The notes under the pieces are model-generated. The model was given only the letters and a program-made list of their open reading frames with translations. It searched no databases and was not told the origin of the DNA. The translations under genes and the position numbers were made by a program. Shown here piece after piece: positions 52,701 to 64,000 of a DNA stretch of 64,000 nucleotides. The stretch's first letter is position 1. Each line of letters begins with the position of its first letter. This stretch comes from Lama guanicoe (Eukaryota), in assembly GCA_013239625.1 (NCBI GenBank), contig MU054001.1, forward strand, positions 6,993,078 through 7,057,077, written 5' to 3'.

Positions 52701-55700
52701 CTGTCTTAGTGATGGGAAAATGTATCTGAAAGGCAGTGGATTTCAATTTGCTTTTAAATTTTCAGGCATTATGATATTCTTGAAGACCGAGTTCCTTCAG
52801 GACTTATTGTTGACTACCAGAATCTGTTGACTCAATGTGAGGAGAGTTACAGGAAATTTTTAAATCTGAGAAGCAGTTTGTCAAATTGTAACTCTGATTC
52901 TGAGCAGGAAAACATCTCTATGGTGGAAGGGTTAAAACTGTATTCAGAGATCGAACAGTTGAAACAAAAGCTAAAACTCATTGAGAATCCTTTGTTGAGG
53001 TATGTGTATCTTTGTTATTCTTAACTAGTCAGCATCTTTTCTAACCAGCTCTCTTACTGAGAACTGATGAGTGTGTTTGCTTTCTTTAAGATATGTTTTT
53101 GGTTATCAGAAGAATTCTAATATCCAAGCAAAGGGCGTCCGTACAAATGGTCAGAAGGTCACCCATGTGGTCTCCTCCACCATGACGACTGGGCTGCTGC
53201 AGGCCCTGCTCAGGGACAGGCTTTGTCCAGAGCCTTGTAAGGAAGAAATGGAAATTCAGGTAAAGGGAGAGTTTCTTGCTCCAGATGGCTTTTTTTTCCT
53301 TCTGATTCTCTCCAGGCTTCCCTGAGTTCCACAAAGTGTTTACAGCAGTTTCCCAGAGCTTGTTCTCTGTGAAATGGGAAGTGGTGAGGGCACTGCTTCA
53401 TCAGCACTAGTGATTATCAAGCATGCACTGGGCTCATGGTAGCAAAGGGAGATATGCAGGTGTGGCTCCCTTTTCAAGTGAAACATGACACCTGGGGTAA
53501 TAAGTTGCTTTGAGGAGTATATCTTTGCAATATGTTGTCGTTTTCTAGTTCCACAGTGATCCGTTGTCTGCTATAAATGCCTGCTATGAGGGTGACACTG
53601 TTATTGTTTGTCCTGGCCATTACATGGTACATGGCACATTCTCCATTGCTGACTCCATTGAGTTGGAAGGTGAGTATGGAAGATCACACAACCAAACTCC
53701 TGTGCTTGATACACTTAAGAAAACAGTAAATTGTTGATCTTGTTGAAACTCCAGGAATTTGATTTCAACCCATTTGATTTCAAATGAGTTGCCTTGAAAC
53801 ATTAAGGGTTTTTGAAACACAAAGGGGATTCACTTACAGTGTTTGAGCAACTTGAGATACTGTTCTTTGAGCATTGTAAGTATTGGGAAGACAGAGGGAA
53901 AAAAAAGATCATTAGGAAGAAGCATAATTCCAGATTATAGGTGGTTGATGAAAAGGAAATTTCATTTCTAGAATAAAAACCATTCCCAGCAACATTTAAA
54001 GTTTAGTATTCTTGAATTTGTTGCTTACTCTTATTTCATATATGTTGTGGATATATTGGTGCATGGTTTTTGTTTTAAATTTAGCTTAGTTTTGTGAGAG
54101 GTATAGGTCCAACCTGAAGTTAGACCAAAATTTTTATCTTAATTCTTTAAATCTTCATGAATGTCACAAATCCTAAAGTGTACTTTTGAGAACATTAATT
54201 TTGAAAGATTCTATTGAAAGTAACTTTTTAGCATTTATAATCTTATTGTACATTTAGACTGATTCATAAATTTAAGTTACTTTACAGTAGTTCACCTTGG
54301 TCCTGTGTATTTCCAAAGCATGTCAAACTTAGACGCATCTGTTCAACTATTTACCAGAAGAGCTTCAAGTTAGCAATAAAGCTTGTAATGCAAAAAATCG
54401 TATATCATTTTGGGATTTGTGCAGCTGTTCACAAACTCCTTAAGCTATGTTTTTAATCTTTATCTTGTCAAAACTTCTTAATGGAAGCAAGGCTGGAAGT
54501 TTAATTTCCTGCTGTTCACTAGTATATCACCTCATCCCCTTTTTGTTTTATGTGTGTAATTTTTGTTTTTTTTCTCTCCAATATTTGATATATAATAGAT
54601 GTTTGTGTATAAATAACACATCTGCAGGATAAATCACTGCAACAAAAACACTTTATTTTTTTGGCATAGTGCAAACAGCATTGATACTGTAGATTCAATG
54701 GTGGATAAGTGTTCTTCCTAGATTGGTGAGGAAATTATGATGTAATTGCCAAAGTGTCATAAATAACTATATAGAATTCTGATAGTTAGGTATAAAAATG
54801 ACTGTAAATTTATGAACAGAGGGCATTTCTGAGAATTTGGAGAATCAGATGGTATCTCTAGTGTGATTATATGGAGTACTTGTTCATGAGTAAGATTAAA
54901 GCTTATCTAACAGCTTTTCCTATCTGTAGCTAACACTTATAACAAGAGATATATATTGAATACCTACTATGTGCCGGGTATTAACAGAACTTATAATAGG
55001 ATTTTTCTTGTCTAGAAATCCATTCACTTAGGTGATGGCTTTATGTTTTAAACTTGTCTATATAGTCTTGGTCCTCATTATGGCCATTCTTTTTGTATTT
55101 TTTATTTTTCTGATACTAAACATAGTTGTTATAAAAATGTGCAGAGTATAGATAGATACATAAAAGGAACCAGGGAGGGAAGTACTCAATCCAGTCATCC
55201 AGGGCCCACCACTGGTGGTATTTCTGTGTGTGGAGTCCTCTTGCATTCTCTAGTGCCCCCAAAGGCTTACCTGTACTCTTCAAAGCCACTCTTCAGTGGC
55301 TTTGTCTGTTTAATGTAGTTAGTTAACTACTTTCATTTACTCAAGCGAAGACTTAACTTTAGACAATTTCTTACAGCTTTTGTCTATGTGGTTCTGTTTT
55401 ATGATGAAAGTTGTGCAAAGTTCTCTAGTTTTCTGATACTCCAGTTTTTTTGTAAGCTTATTCAGAGGTCTGGCCTGCATTATTAGTTTAAGGTTTGTAG
55501 AGAACAATGCTTTTTATTGGTTAACAAGGTAGATTTATTTTTCCAGTAGCTAAAACTGTTTTAATCAAGTTTGTCTTTATTTTAATTCAGTCTGTTTAAG
55601 AGAATATAAAAAATTAGAAAATCTTGAGAAATGCTTAAGCTTTTTCAAACCTAATTACATTAGAATAATATAATCTTAAGAGTTAGGGAAAAAAAACTTA

Positions 55701-56912
55701 TGAGGGCTAAATGCTTTAAAGTCCTTTGGCTCAGCTGTGAGTACTTAAGATTATTATTTTTTTGGTAGTAGTTTTATAAGTGAATTTAGTGCTTAACTGA
55801 TACTGAGATGATTGATAGGAGGTAGTCTTCCTAATATGGGGACAAATTGAGGAGTTATTATTAAAAATTGTATACCTTGGTCTAAATTTTGTTTAAATGC
55901 AACTGGGTTGACTGGTGTCATTTGGAATCATTTGGAATAGAGAAATCTGTCATAGTAATTTTGGGTTCAGACATTTCCCCTCACCGATCTTAAATGTTCT
56001 TGCTCTCTTCCTTAGGGTATGGCCTGCCAGATGATATTGTGATAGAAAAGAGAGGCAAAGGAGACACATTTGTGGATTGTACGGGTGTGGATATTAAAAT
56101 CTCAAGCATAAAATTTGTTCAACATGATGCTGTAGAAGGAATCTTAAGTAAATATCTCAATATTTCATTTATTATTTGTTCCAGGCTTTGAAGGAAAACT
56201 ACTTTCCCTGGAAGGTAGAATTTAATAAAATACCACTCTTGAGTACTATGGAAAGCTGATGATTTATGTACATAGCTTGACAACTTAAGAAGCTTACTTT
56301 AAATTAAAAAATAATTCAGCCTATTCTTGAAAATTTGTTAGTTTAATATTGGTTTCTGTGTGATCATTTTTTTCTTTTAAAACATTCCAACATTGTGGCC
56401 AGTATTCTTTGCATTTGATTTAGCCCTAGGTGATAGTATTTGTTTCCTAGGATCAGTATCTTCTAGCTTGCATTGGGCCTCCTTTTCTTCTCCCTTCTAA
56501 GATGCTCTTGAAAATTACTCTCTGATAACCTTTTTTTTTTGGAATGAGAAGTACTTTATAACTTGAGTTTGCATTTCTGAGATCAAGTCATTCTTTTTTA
56601 AGAATGCTGCTTTTAAATTTTTAGAAAGTCATTCAAAATAGTCATTATTTTATAAATTATGAATTCATAATTCCAGTAACAAAGTTTAAATGAGAAATAT
56701 TTGGTTTATATCTAATACCAACTCTGGGCCATTTCTAATGTTGTAAATGACACATTACTTCTGAAAGCATTTGATTGCGTGTTTTTATCATAGTCATTCA
56801 CCGCGGCAAGACTACATTGGAAAACTGTGTACTGCAGTGTGAAACAACAGGAGTCACAGTTCGAACATCAGCGGAATTTTTAATGAGGAACTCAGATTTA
56901 TATGGTGCCAAG
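40131..56912 (+). CDS. SHCBP1: SHC binding and spindle associated 1, spliced CDS exons 1-10 (3' part continues beyond window)
   Basis: 10 GT-AG exons with consistent phase sum to 1467 nt; MADG...LEKGLFQDEDSCSDC...FFYQNIWRSWDEEEEDEYDYFVRCVEPRLRL...NSDLYGAK matches SHCBP1 as I recall it. Confidence 0.98.
40626..40916 (+). repeat. Direct repeat copy 2 (~290 bp) in SHCBP1 intron 1
   Basis: Aligns end to end with 39063-39345. Confidence 0.95.
41355..42180 (-). mobile_element. Old L1 (L1MB-like) 3' end with internal (TA)n
   Basis: Minus ORF IELPYDPAIPLLDIYPKELK; ttttaagtgtacagttcagtggtattaaatacattcac. Confidence 0.88.
43331..43495 (+). CDS. SHCBP1: SHCBP1 exon 2 (165 nt)
   Basis: tag|GTTTG...TTTTAG|gtgagt; LFQDEDSCSDCSSHKPGSSLQSFVPEGKTHFPEMFQTSQLLFYERFRAYQDYIL. 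Confidence 0.96.
   Translation, partial: VCSKMKIHAVIVAVISQVVVYRVLCLKEKLTFQKCSRQVNFCSMSDSEHIKITF
43665..43780 (+). CDS. SHCBP1: SHCBP1 exon 3 (116 nt)
   Basis: tag|CTGAC...GTTGAG|gtaaat; DCKASEVREFTAEFLEKVLEPSGWRAVWHTSVFEVLVE. Confidence 0.96.
45153..45361 (+). CDS. SHCBP1: SHCBP1 exon 4 (209 nt)
   Basis: cag|GTCACA...GTCAG|gtagga; VTDVDFTALKAVVSLADPYLCES...DQTALAVEHVR. Confidence 0.96.
46530..47560 (-). mobile_element. L2 fragments
   Basis: attcagtgaatgttcgagtgcc...gggaaaccattgaagggttt...gtcaaggctgactcccaagtttctgcc. Confidence 0.7.
48030..48885 (+). mobile_element. Old L1 (L1MC/MD-like) 3' region
   Basis: gaccct tgtttggatcctgattt...aagctgggtgatggatgggt...gtatgtttgaaatttctcctaataaaa. Confidence 0.7.
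49546..49638 (+). CDS. SHCBP1: SHCBP1 exon 5 (93 nt)
   Basis: cag|GTTTTTC...AGATT|gtaagt; FFYQNIWRSWDEEEEDEYDYFVRCVEPRLRL. Confidence 0.96.
49705..49731. repeat. (GT)n microsatellite
   Basis: Read directly. Confidence 0.95.
51645..51810. mobile_element. MER5-like element (similar copy at ~48890-49050)
   Basis: caatagttctcaaccttggctgtgcactagaatc...gattctaatatgcagccaaggttaagaa. Confidence 0.75.
52217..52302 (-). mobile_element. tRNA-Ala(AGC)-derived SINE (Vic-1-type), short form
   Basis: Reverse complement GGGGGAGGGTATAGCTCAGTTGTAGAGTGCGTGCTTAGCATGCACCGAGGTCC...CCTCCATTAAAAAA. Confidence 0.85.
52766..52999 (+). CDS. SHCBP1: SHCBP1 exon 6 (234 nt)
   Basis: cag|GCATTAT...TTGAG|gtatgt; HYDILEDRVPSGLIVDYQNLLTQCEESYRKF...IENPLLR. 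Confidence 0.96.
53091..53259 (+). CDS. SHCBP1: SHCBP1 exon 7 (169 nt)
   Basis: aag|ATATG...ATTCAG|gtaaag; YVFGYQKNSNIQAKGVRTNGQKVTHVVSSTM. Confidence 0.96.
53549..53669 (+). CDS. SHCBP1: SHCBP1 exon 8 (121 nt)
   Basis: tag|TTCCAC...GAAG|gtgagt; FHSDPLSAINACYEGDTVIVCPGHYMVHGTFSIADSIELE. Confidence 0.96.
56016..56147 (+). CDS. SHCBP1: SHCBP1 exon 9 (132 nt)
   Basis: tag|GGTAT...ATCTTAA|gtaaat; YGLPDDIVIEKRGKGDTFVDCTGVDIKISSIKFVQHDAVEGIL. Confidence 0.96.
56794..56912 (+). CDS. SHCBP1: SHCBP1 exon 10 (119 nt)
   Basis: tag|TCATT...GCCAAG|gtatga; IHRGKTTLENCVLQCETTGVTVRTSAEFLMRNSDLYGAK. Confidence 0.96.
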
Positions 56913-57019
56913 GTATGATAATCTCCTATCCTTTTGGGAACTAGTTTAAGTTAAGTTTAAATAAGTAAATAAGATGTGGGACAAGATGTAAACACATACT
57001 CCTGTTCTCCTTCTTCAAA

Positions 57020-57219
57020 GAAGTCAGTCATGTTATCTGTAAATAGAGACAGTCTATTTCTTCCTTTCCAATCTGTATGCCTTTTGTTTCCTTTTCTTGC
57101 CTTAGGGTACTGACTAGAACTTCCGGCACTAAGTTGGATAGGAGGGGTGAGGGTGGACATCCTTACCTTAGTCTTGATATCAGGGGGACTGTATTCAGTA
57201 TTGTACCACAAGTGTGAGG
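57020..57219 (-). mobile_element. Older L1 ORF2 fragment, resumes at 63211-63780
   Basis: Minus ORF ...[20 protein letters not shown] sequence; the right part has LPKKKSPGPVDFTGE. Confidence 0.75.
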
Positions 57220-60200
57220 TTTTTTTTTTTAAAAGAATGTGAAAAATCCATTTTCATTGTTATTGAGGAATAATTGAAAATAGTTATATATTTAAGGTGT
57301 ACAAATGTTCTGGTTTCCTATAAATACTCATTGTGAAATGATCTCCACAGTTGAGCTACTTAGCATTCATTACCTCCCAGAGTTACCTTTTTTTTTTTCC
57401 ACTCCACCCACCTCCCTTCTGGCAACCGCCTGTTTGTTCTCTATATCTGTGACTCTGTTTCGGTTTTGTTATGTTTTTTAGATTCTACATATAAGGGAAA
57501 TCATACACTTTTTGTCTTTCTCTGTCTTATTTCACTTAGCATGATACTGTCTAGGTCCATCCCAGTTGTTGAAAATGGCAAGATTTCATTCTTTTTTGTG
57601 GTTGAGTAATATAAACATACCCCACTACATCTTTGTCCATTCATCTGTTGATGGGCACTTAGGTTGCTTGATCTCTTGGCTATTGTAAATAATGCTGTAT
57701 TGAATACAAAGGTGCATATATCTTTTGGAATTAGTGTTTTTGTATTCTTCATAAATTGTATGGTAGTTTTATTTTTAACTTTTAGAGGCATCTCCATACT
57801 GTTTTGTACAGTGGCTGCACCAATTTACATTCCCAGCAGCAGTGCATGAGGGTTCCCTTTTCTCCACATCCTTGCTAACACTTATTGTTTCTTGCCTTTT
57901 TGATTGTAGCCCTTCTGACAGATGTGAGGTGATGTCTCATTGTGGTTTTGATTTGCTTCTCCCTAATGATTAAGTGATGCTGAGTATCTTTTCATGTGCC
58001 TGTTGGCCATCTGTATGTCTTCTTTGGAAAAATGTCTCTGGATCCATATTTTAATCAGATTGTGGGGTTTTGTTGTTGTTGAGTTGTGTCGGTTCTTTGT
58101 ATATTTTGGATATTAACCCCTTATTGGATATATCATTAGCAAATATCTTCTCCCATTCAGTATGTAGCCTTTTCATTTTCTTAATAGTTTCCTTTGTTAC
58201 GCAGAAGTTTTTTAGTTTGATGTATCCCATTTCTTTATTTTTGCTTTTGTTTCCCTTGCCTGAGACATAGCCCCCAAAAACAATGCTTAGACCATTGTAA
58301 AAGAAAGCACTGGCTATGTTTTCTTCCAGAAGTTTTATGGTTTCAATCTTATATTTAAGTCTTTAAGCCATTTTGAGTTTATTTGTGTAAGTGGTGTGAG
58401 AAAGTAGTCCAGTTTGATTCATTTGCCTGCAGATGTCTAGTTTTCTCAACGATCTCTATTAAAGAGGCTGCCTTTCCTCTGTTATGTATTCTTGCCTCTT
58501 TTGTTGTAGATTAATTATCCATATAGTGTGGGCTAATTTCTGGGCTCTCTGTTTGTCTCATTGATCTATGTCTCTATTTTTGTGCTAGTACCATATTATT
58601 TTGATTACTGTAGCTTAGTAGTGTGGTCTGAAGTTAGGGAGCATGACCCCTCCAGCTTTGTTGTTCTTTCTCAAGATTGTTTTGGCTATTTGGGGTCTTT
58701 TGTGTTTCCATACAAATTTTATAATTTTCTAGTTCTGTGAAAAATGCCATTGGTATTTTGATAGGAATTGCTTTGAATCTGTAGATTGCATTGGATGGTA
58801 TGGTCATTTTAATAATATTCTTTCAATCCATGATCATGGTATATCTTTCCACCTGTTTGTGTCGTTCTCAGTTTTTTTCATTAGTTTCTTAAGTTCTCCA
58901 AGTATGTGTCTTTCACCTCCTTAGTTAGATTTATTCCTCGAAATTTTATTCTTTTTAATGTGATTGTAAATGGGATAGTTTTCTTAATTTGTCTTTTTGA
59001 TAGTTGTTAGTGTATAGAAATGAAATAGATTTCTGTGTGTTAATTTTGTGTCCTGCAACTTTACCAAATTCATTAATGAGTTCTAATAATTTTTTGGTGG
59101 TGTCTTTAGGCTTTTCTATGGATAGTATCATGCCATCTAAAAACTGACAGTTTTACTTCTTCCTTACCAATTTGGGTTCTTTTTATTTCTTGTCTGATTG
59201 CTGTGGCTATGACTTCCAATACTGTGTTGAATAAAAGTGGCAAGAGGCAGGCATCCTCATCGTGCTCTTGATCTTAGAGGAAATGTTTTTAGCTTTTCAC
59301 CATTGAATATGCATATAATGGATATTGAATTTTGTCCTAAGCTTTCTCTGCATCTACTGAGGTGATCATATGATTTTTATACTTTCATTTGTTACTGTGG
59401 TGTATCATGTTGATTGATTTTCAAATATTGTACCATCCTTGCATCCTTGAGATTAACCCAAGTTGATCATGGTGTGCAATCCTTTTAATGTATTGTATTT
59501 GATTTGCTAATATTTTCTTGAGGATTTTTGCATCTATAACTGTCAGGAATATTGGCCTGCAATCTTTTTTGTGTAGTGTCTTTTTCTGGTTTTGGTATCA
59601 GGGTAATGCTGATTTCATAGAATGAGTATTTCAATTTTGGGGGATAGTTTGGGAAGGATAGGTGTTAATACTTTAAATATTTGGTAGGAGTCACCTGTGA
59701 AGCTGTCTGGTCCTGGACTTTTGTTTGATGGGAGCTTTCTAATTACTGGTTCAGTTTCATTACTGGTAGTTGATCTGTTCATATTTTCTATTTATTCCGT
59801 ATTTAGTCTTGGAGGGTAGGAATTTATCCATTTCTTCTAGGTTGTCCATTTTATTGGCATATAATTTTTATATGTAATTTCATATGATCTTTTGTATTTC
59901 TGCAGTCAGTTGTAACTTGTCCTCTTTCATTTCTGATTTTATTTGGACCCTCTTTTTTCTTGATGAGTCTGGCCAAAGGTTCATCAATTTTGTTTATCTT
60001 TACAAAGAACTAGCTCTTCATTTCATTAATCTTTTCTATTGTTTCTCAGTCTCTAGTTCATTTATTTGTGCTTTGATCTTTATTATTTCTTTCCTTGTCC
60101 TAATTTTGGGTTTTGTTTGTTCTTTTTCTAGTTCCTTTAGGTGTTAGTTTAGGTTGTTTATTTGAGATTTTTGTTTCCTGAGGTAGGCTTATATCACTAT

Positions 60201-63200
60201 AAACTTCTCTCTTAGAACTGCATTTGCTTCATCCCATAGATATTGGATCACTGTATTTCTGTTTCATCTGTTTTCAGGTATTTTTTGATTCCTTTGATTT
60301 CTTTAGTGACCCATTGTTTATTTACTAGTATATTGTTCAGCCCCCACATGTTTGTGTTTTTTTTCCACTTTTTTTTCTTGTAGTTGATTTGTAGTCTCAT
60401 ACCATTGTGATCAGAAAAGATGCTTGTTACGATTTCAGTCTTCTAAATTTTTGAGATTTGTTTTGTGACCTGGAGAATGTTCCATGTGACCTTGAAAAGA
60501 ATGTGTATTCTGCTGTGTTTTAACGGAATGTTCTTCATATATTTATTAAGTCCATCTTGTCTAATAGGTCAGTTAAGGCCAGTATTTTCCTGCTGATTAT
60601 CTGTCTGGATGATCTGTCCATTGATGGGGTGTTAAGTTCTCTACTATTATTGTGTTACTGTCAGTTTCTTACCTTATATTCTCCTGTATCAGTGCATACG
60701 TATTTACAACTGATATATCTCCTTGCTGGATCTATCTCTTTATCATTATGTAGTATCCTTTGTTATCTCTTGTTACAGTCTTTGTTTTAAAGTCTGTTTT
60801 GTCTGATGTAAGTATTGCTGTCCCAGCTTTCTGTTTATTTGCATTTGCATGGAGTACCTCTTTTCATCCCTTCACTTCCAGTCTGTGTGTCTTTAGATCT
60901 GAAGTGAGTTTCTTGTAGTCAGCTTATATATCATCTCGTTTTTGTATCCATTCAGCCACTCTGTCTTTTGATTGGAGCAGTTAGTCCATTTACATTTAAA
61001 GTAATTATTGATAGGTTTATACTTACTGTCATTTTGTTTTGGTTGTTTTTGAATTGTTTTTGTAGTTCTTTATTGCTCCTTTATTTTCTTTTGTTTTCGT
61101 CCCTTGTGATTTGATGACTATCTTTAGTGTTATATTTGGATTCCTTTTTATTTTTTGTAGATGTGTATCTATTTCAGATTTTTGGACTGTGGTTATCATG
61201 AGGTTTATATTAAGTTTCTGATCTCTAAATTTCAAACACATTTTAACAGTCCTGCAGTTTACTCTCCTCCCTCTATGGTTACTGTTTTTGATATCATATT
61301 TAAATTTTTTTTATTTTGTGTGTCCTTTAATTACTTATTGCAGATACAGATGATTTTACTGTTTTTGTCTTGTAACCTTCCTACTAGCTTTTTACATGAT
61401 TGATCTACTGTCTTTACTGAATAATTGCCTTTATCAATGAGTTTTTTCCTTTTGTAATTTTCATGTTTCTAGTTGTGGTCTTTTCTTTTTCACTTAGAGA
61501 ATTCCCTTTGACATTTCTTGCAATGTTGGTTTGGTGGTGCTGAATGAACATTTTTAGCTTTTGCTTGTCTATAAGACTTTTGATCTCTCCATCAAACCTG
61601 AATGGAAGCCTTGTCGAATAGAGTATTCTTTTAATTGCAACATATTGTATAATTCATCTTATGTGAAATATCCAGAACAGGCACATCTGTATAGATAGAA
61701 AGTAGAGTAGTGATTGCGTAGGACTGGTGGGTAGGGTAGGGAAGAGGGAATTGGGGTAATTGCTGAAGGGTACAGGGTCTCTTTCTAAGGTGATGAAAAT
61801 GTTCTAACATTGACTGTGGTGATGGTTGCACAACTATGTGAAAATATTGAAAACCACTGAATGGTAAAAAAAACTTTAAGTGGGTGAATTGCATGGTATG
61901 TGAATTGTATCTCAGTACAGCTATTACACATACAATAAGGGAACAATACAGTCAGGAAGGTGGGAAGCATCCTTTGAGCTCCAGCCTGGACCCCTTCTCA
62001 TCCTCACTGTCCCTGCATGGTGTCCTCCTCCCTACCACATTTCAAGCCAGGAGGGTCATGATTTGTCCCTGCCTGTCCCTGTTGCCCTCCTGTTCTTTGG
62101 GTGGACCATGGAGTATGCTGGCCTTTCATCTCCTAGTGTCTGATATTAGGATTCTTTCTTTTTTTAATTGAAGTCTAGCTGATTTACAATACTGTTAGTT
62201 TCAAGTGTACAGCAAAGTGATTCAGTTATATATACACCTATTTTTTTCAGGTTACTTTCCAATGATAGAGTTTTCTTGATTTTAGATTTTTCCATTTCAT
62301 CATGTTGAGTATATCATGCCACTCCCTTTGACCTGCAGAGTTTCTGCTGAAAAATCAGTTGTGGGCATTCCATTATATGTAACTTGATGCTTTTCCATTG
62401 CTGCTTTGAATATTTTCTCTTTATGTTTAATTTTTGCCATTTTAATTACAATGTGTCTTGGTGTAGTCCTCTTTGACTTAATCCTGTTTGAGATTTTCTC
62501 TGCTTCCTGGACCTGGATGTCTGTTTCTCTGGCTAGGGAAGTTTTCACCTTTATGCCTACAAATATATTCTCTGCCCCTTTCTATCTCTGTTCTCCTTCT
62601 GGGATCCTGATAATGTGAATGTTGTTCCAGAGGTCACTTGAACTGTCCTCATTTCTTTTTATTCCTTTTTCTGTTCAGCTTCAGTGATTTCTACTATTCT
62701 GTCTTCCAGCTAGCTGGTCTTTTCCTCTGTATCATTTAATTTACTATTGGTTTCTTATTTATTTTTCATTTCAGTTGTTGTATTTTCATCTCTGTTTGGT
62801 TCTTCTTTATATTTTCTCTTTGTTAACCTTACTGTGTTCATCCAGTTTTCTCCCATGTTCTTTGATCATCTTTTGATCATTACCTTGAACTCTTTATCAG
62901 GTAGATTGCTTATCTCCACTACACTTAGTTCTTCTTGTGTGATTTTATCTTGTTCCTTCCAATGGAACCTGTTCCTCTGTCATTTTGCCTAGTTGCCATT
63001 TATGGGTTGCCTATCCTGGGGTTGTAGGTCTTGACTAGCAGATCTCTGCGTCTCCTACTTGTCTCATTGTGGTTCCTTGTTTATATTGGAAATATTTTCT
63101 GCTAGTCGTCAGGTTGCTCTCATTGATAGTTGCTCTGTAAATAATTTTAATTTTGGTGTGCCTGTCAGGGTAGGTGCTCATGGGTCTCCCTACTTTGCCA

Positions 63201-63210
63201 TCTTGGCCAC
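57220..63210 (-). mobile_element. Near full-length degenerate L1 (5' region, ORF1, ORF2, 3' UTR), antisense in SHCBP1 intron 10
   Basis: ORF1 remnant ETDIQVQEAEKISNRIKSKRTTPRHIVIKMAKIK (62300-62548); ORF2 remnants through 57500; poly-T at ~57220. Confidence 0.9.
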
Positions 63211-63780
63211 CAGTATAAGGTTAACTCTAGATTATTTTGTTGTTGTTGATATTCTTAATCAAATTGAGAAAGTTTTCTTTCTTTTTGCTTTTTGAGAACT
63301 TTTATAAGGAATATATGTTGACTCTTATTAAATGTTTTTTTCTGCATCTAGTTTTTATGGATTACAAATGATTGATTTTCAAATTTTGAACCAACCTTGT
63401 ATCCCTGAAATAAGCTTCACTTAATCATAGTGTGTAATTTTTTTATATATTGCTGAATTATATTGCTAATATTTTACTAAGAATTTACTTGTATGTCTAT
63501 ATTCATGAGGGATATTGGTTTGAAGTTTTATTTATTTCTATTGTCTTTGTCTGGTTTTGTTATCAGAGTAACACTAGTTTCATGAAATGAATTTGGAGAT
63601 GTTCCCTTCTTTCCTGTTTTCTGGAAGAGATTGTGTAGAATTGGTTTTTTTTTTTTTTTAAGATTTCTCCGGTGAAATCAACTGGGCCTGGAGATTTCTT
63701 TTTTGGGAGTTTTAAAATTATGAATTGAGTTTCCTTAATAGCTATATGGCTTTTCAGTGACTTACTCATATTGAGTGAGT
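63211..63780 (-). mobile_element. Older L1 ORF2 fragment (right part)
   Basis: Minus ORF IAIKETQFIILKLPKKKSPGPVDFTGE. Confidence 0.8.
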
Positions 63781-64000
63781 TAATGGATACACTCAGGGTA
63801 CAGAGCCCCCATGGCCAGGCACCGTTTTTGGTGAAAGGCTTTTCTGTTTGACAGTGGTGGTGGCAGGCTCTCTAGTGCACCAGGTGTTATATGCACCACC
63901 CCCAACACAGCCTGCTGGGCCTCACACCAGCCTGGAGAGGCAGGCGGACCATTTCTTCTTCTAACTTATCAAACTCATAGAGTTGTTTATGGTAAACCCT

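Overview
Mammalian genomic DNA, most likely camelid: it has two tRNA-Ala-derived Vic-1-type SINEs and cetartiodactyl-type L1 3' ends, and I saw no Alu, B1, Bov-A or PRE-1. Two + strand protein-coding genes are present. VPS35 (retromer subunit) has coding exons 2-17 at 6121-22893; exon 1, carrying the ATG, lies upstream of the window. The exons sum to 2388 nt, which with the ATG gives an intact 796-aa frame, and intron 3 looks U12-type. SHCBP1 has exons 1-10 at 40131-56912, a CpG-island promoter with CCAAT and CDE/CHR-like elements, and its last exons lie beyond the window. The 16-kb intergenic region is dense in solo ERV/MaLR LTRs, L1 and L2. Introns carry a near-full-length Tigger1, MER58A, MER5, MIR and nested L1s. 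I found no convincing new biological system. The best oddities are a ~285-bp non-TE direct repeat bracketing the SHCBP1 promoter and exon 1, a TSD-flanked candidate L1 3' transduction, an LTR containing an env-TM-like ORF, a CpG-rich intronic patch with a CTCF motif, and two orphan exon-like segments in the intergenic DNA. Repeat family names come from recalled consensus sequences, not a database search.
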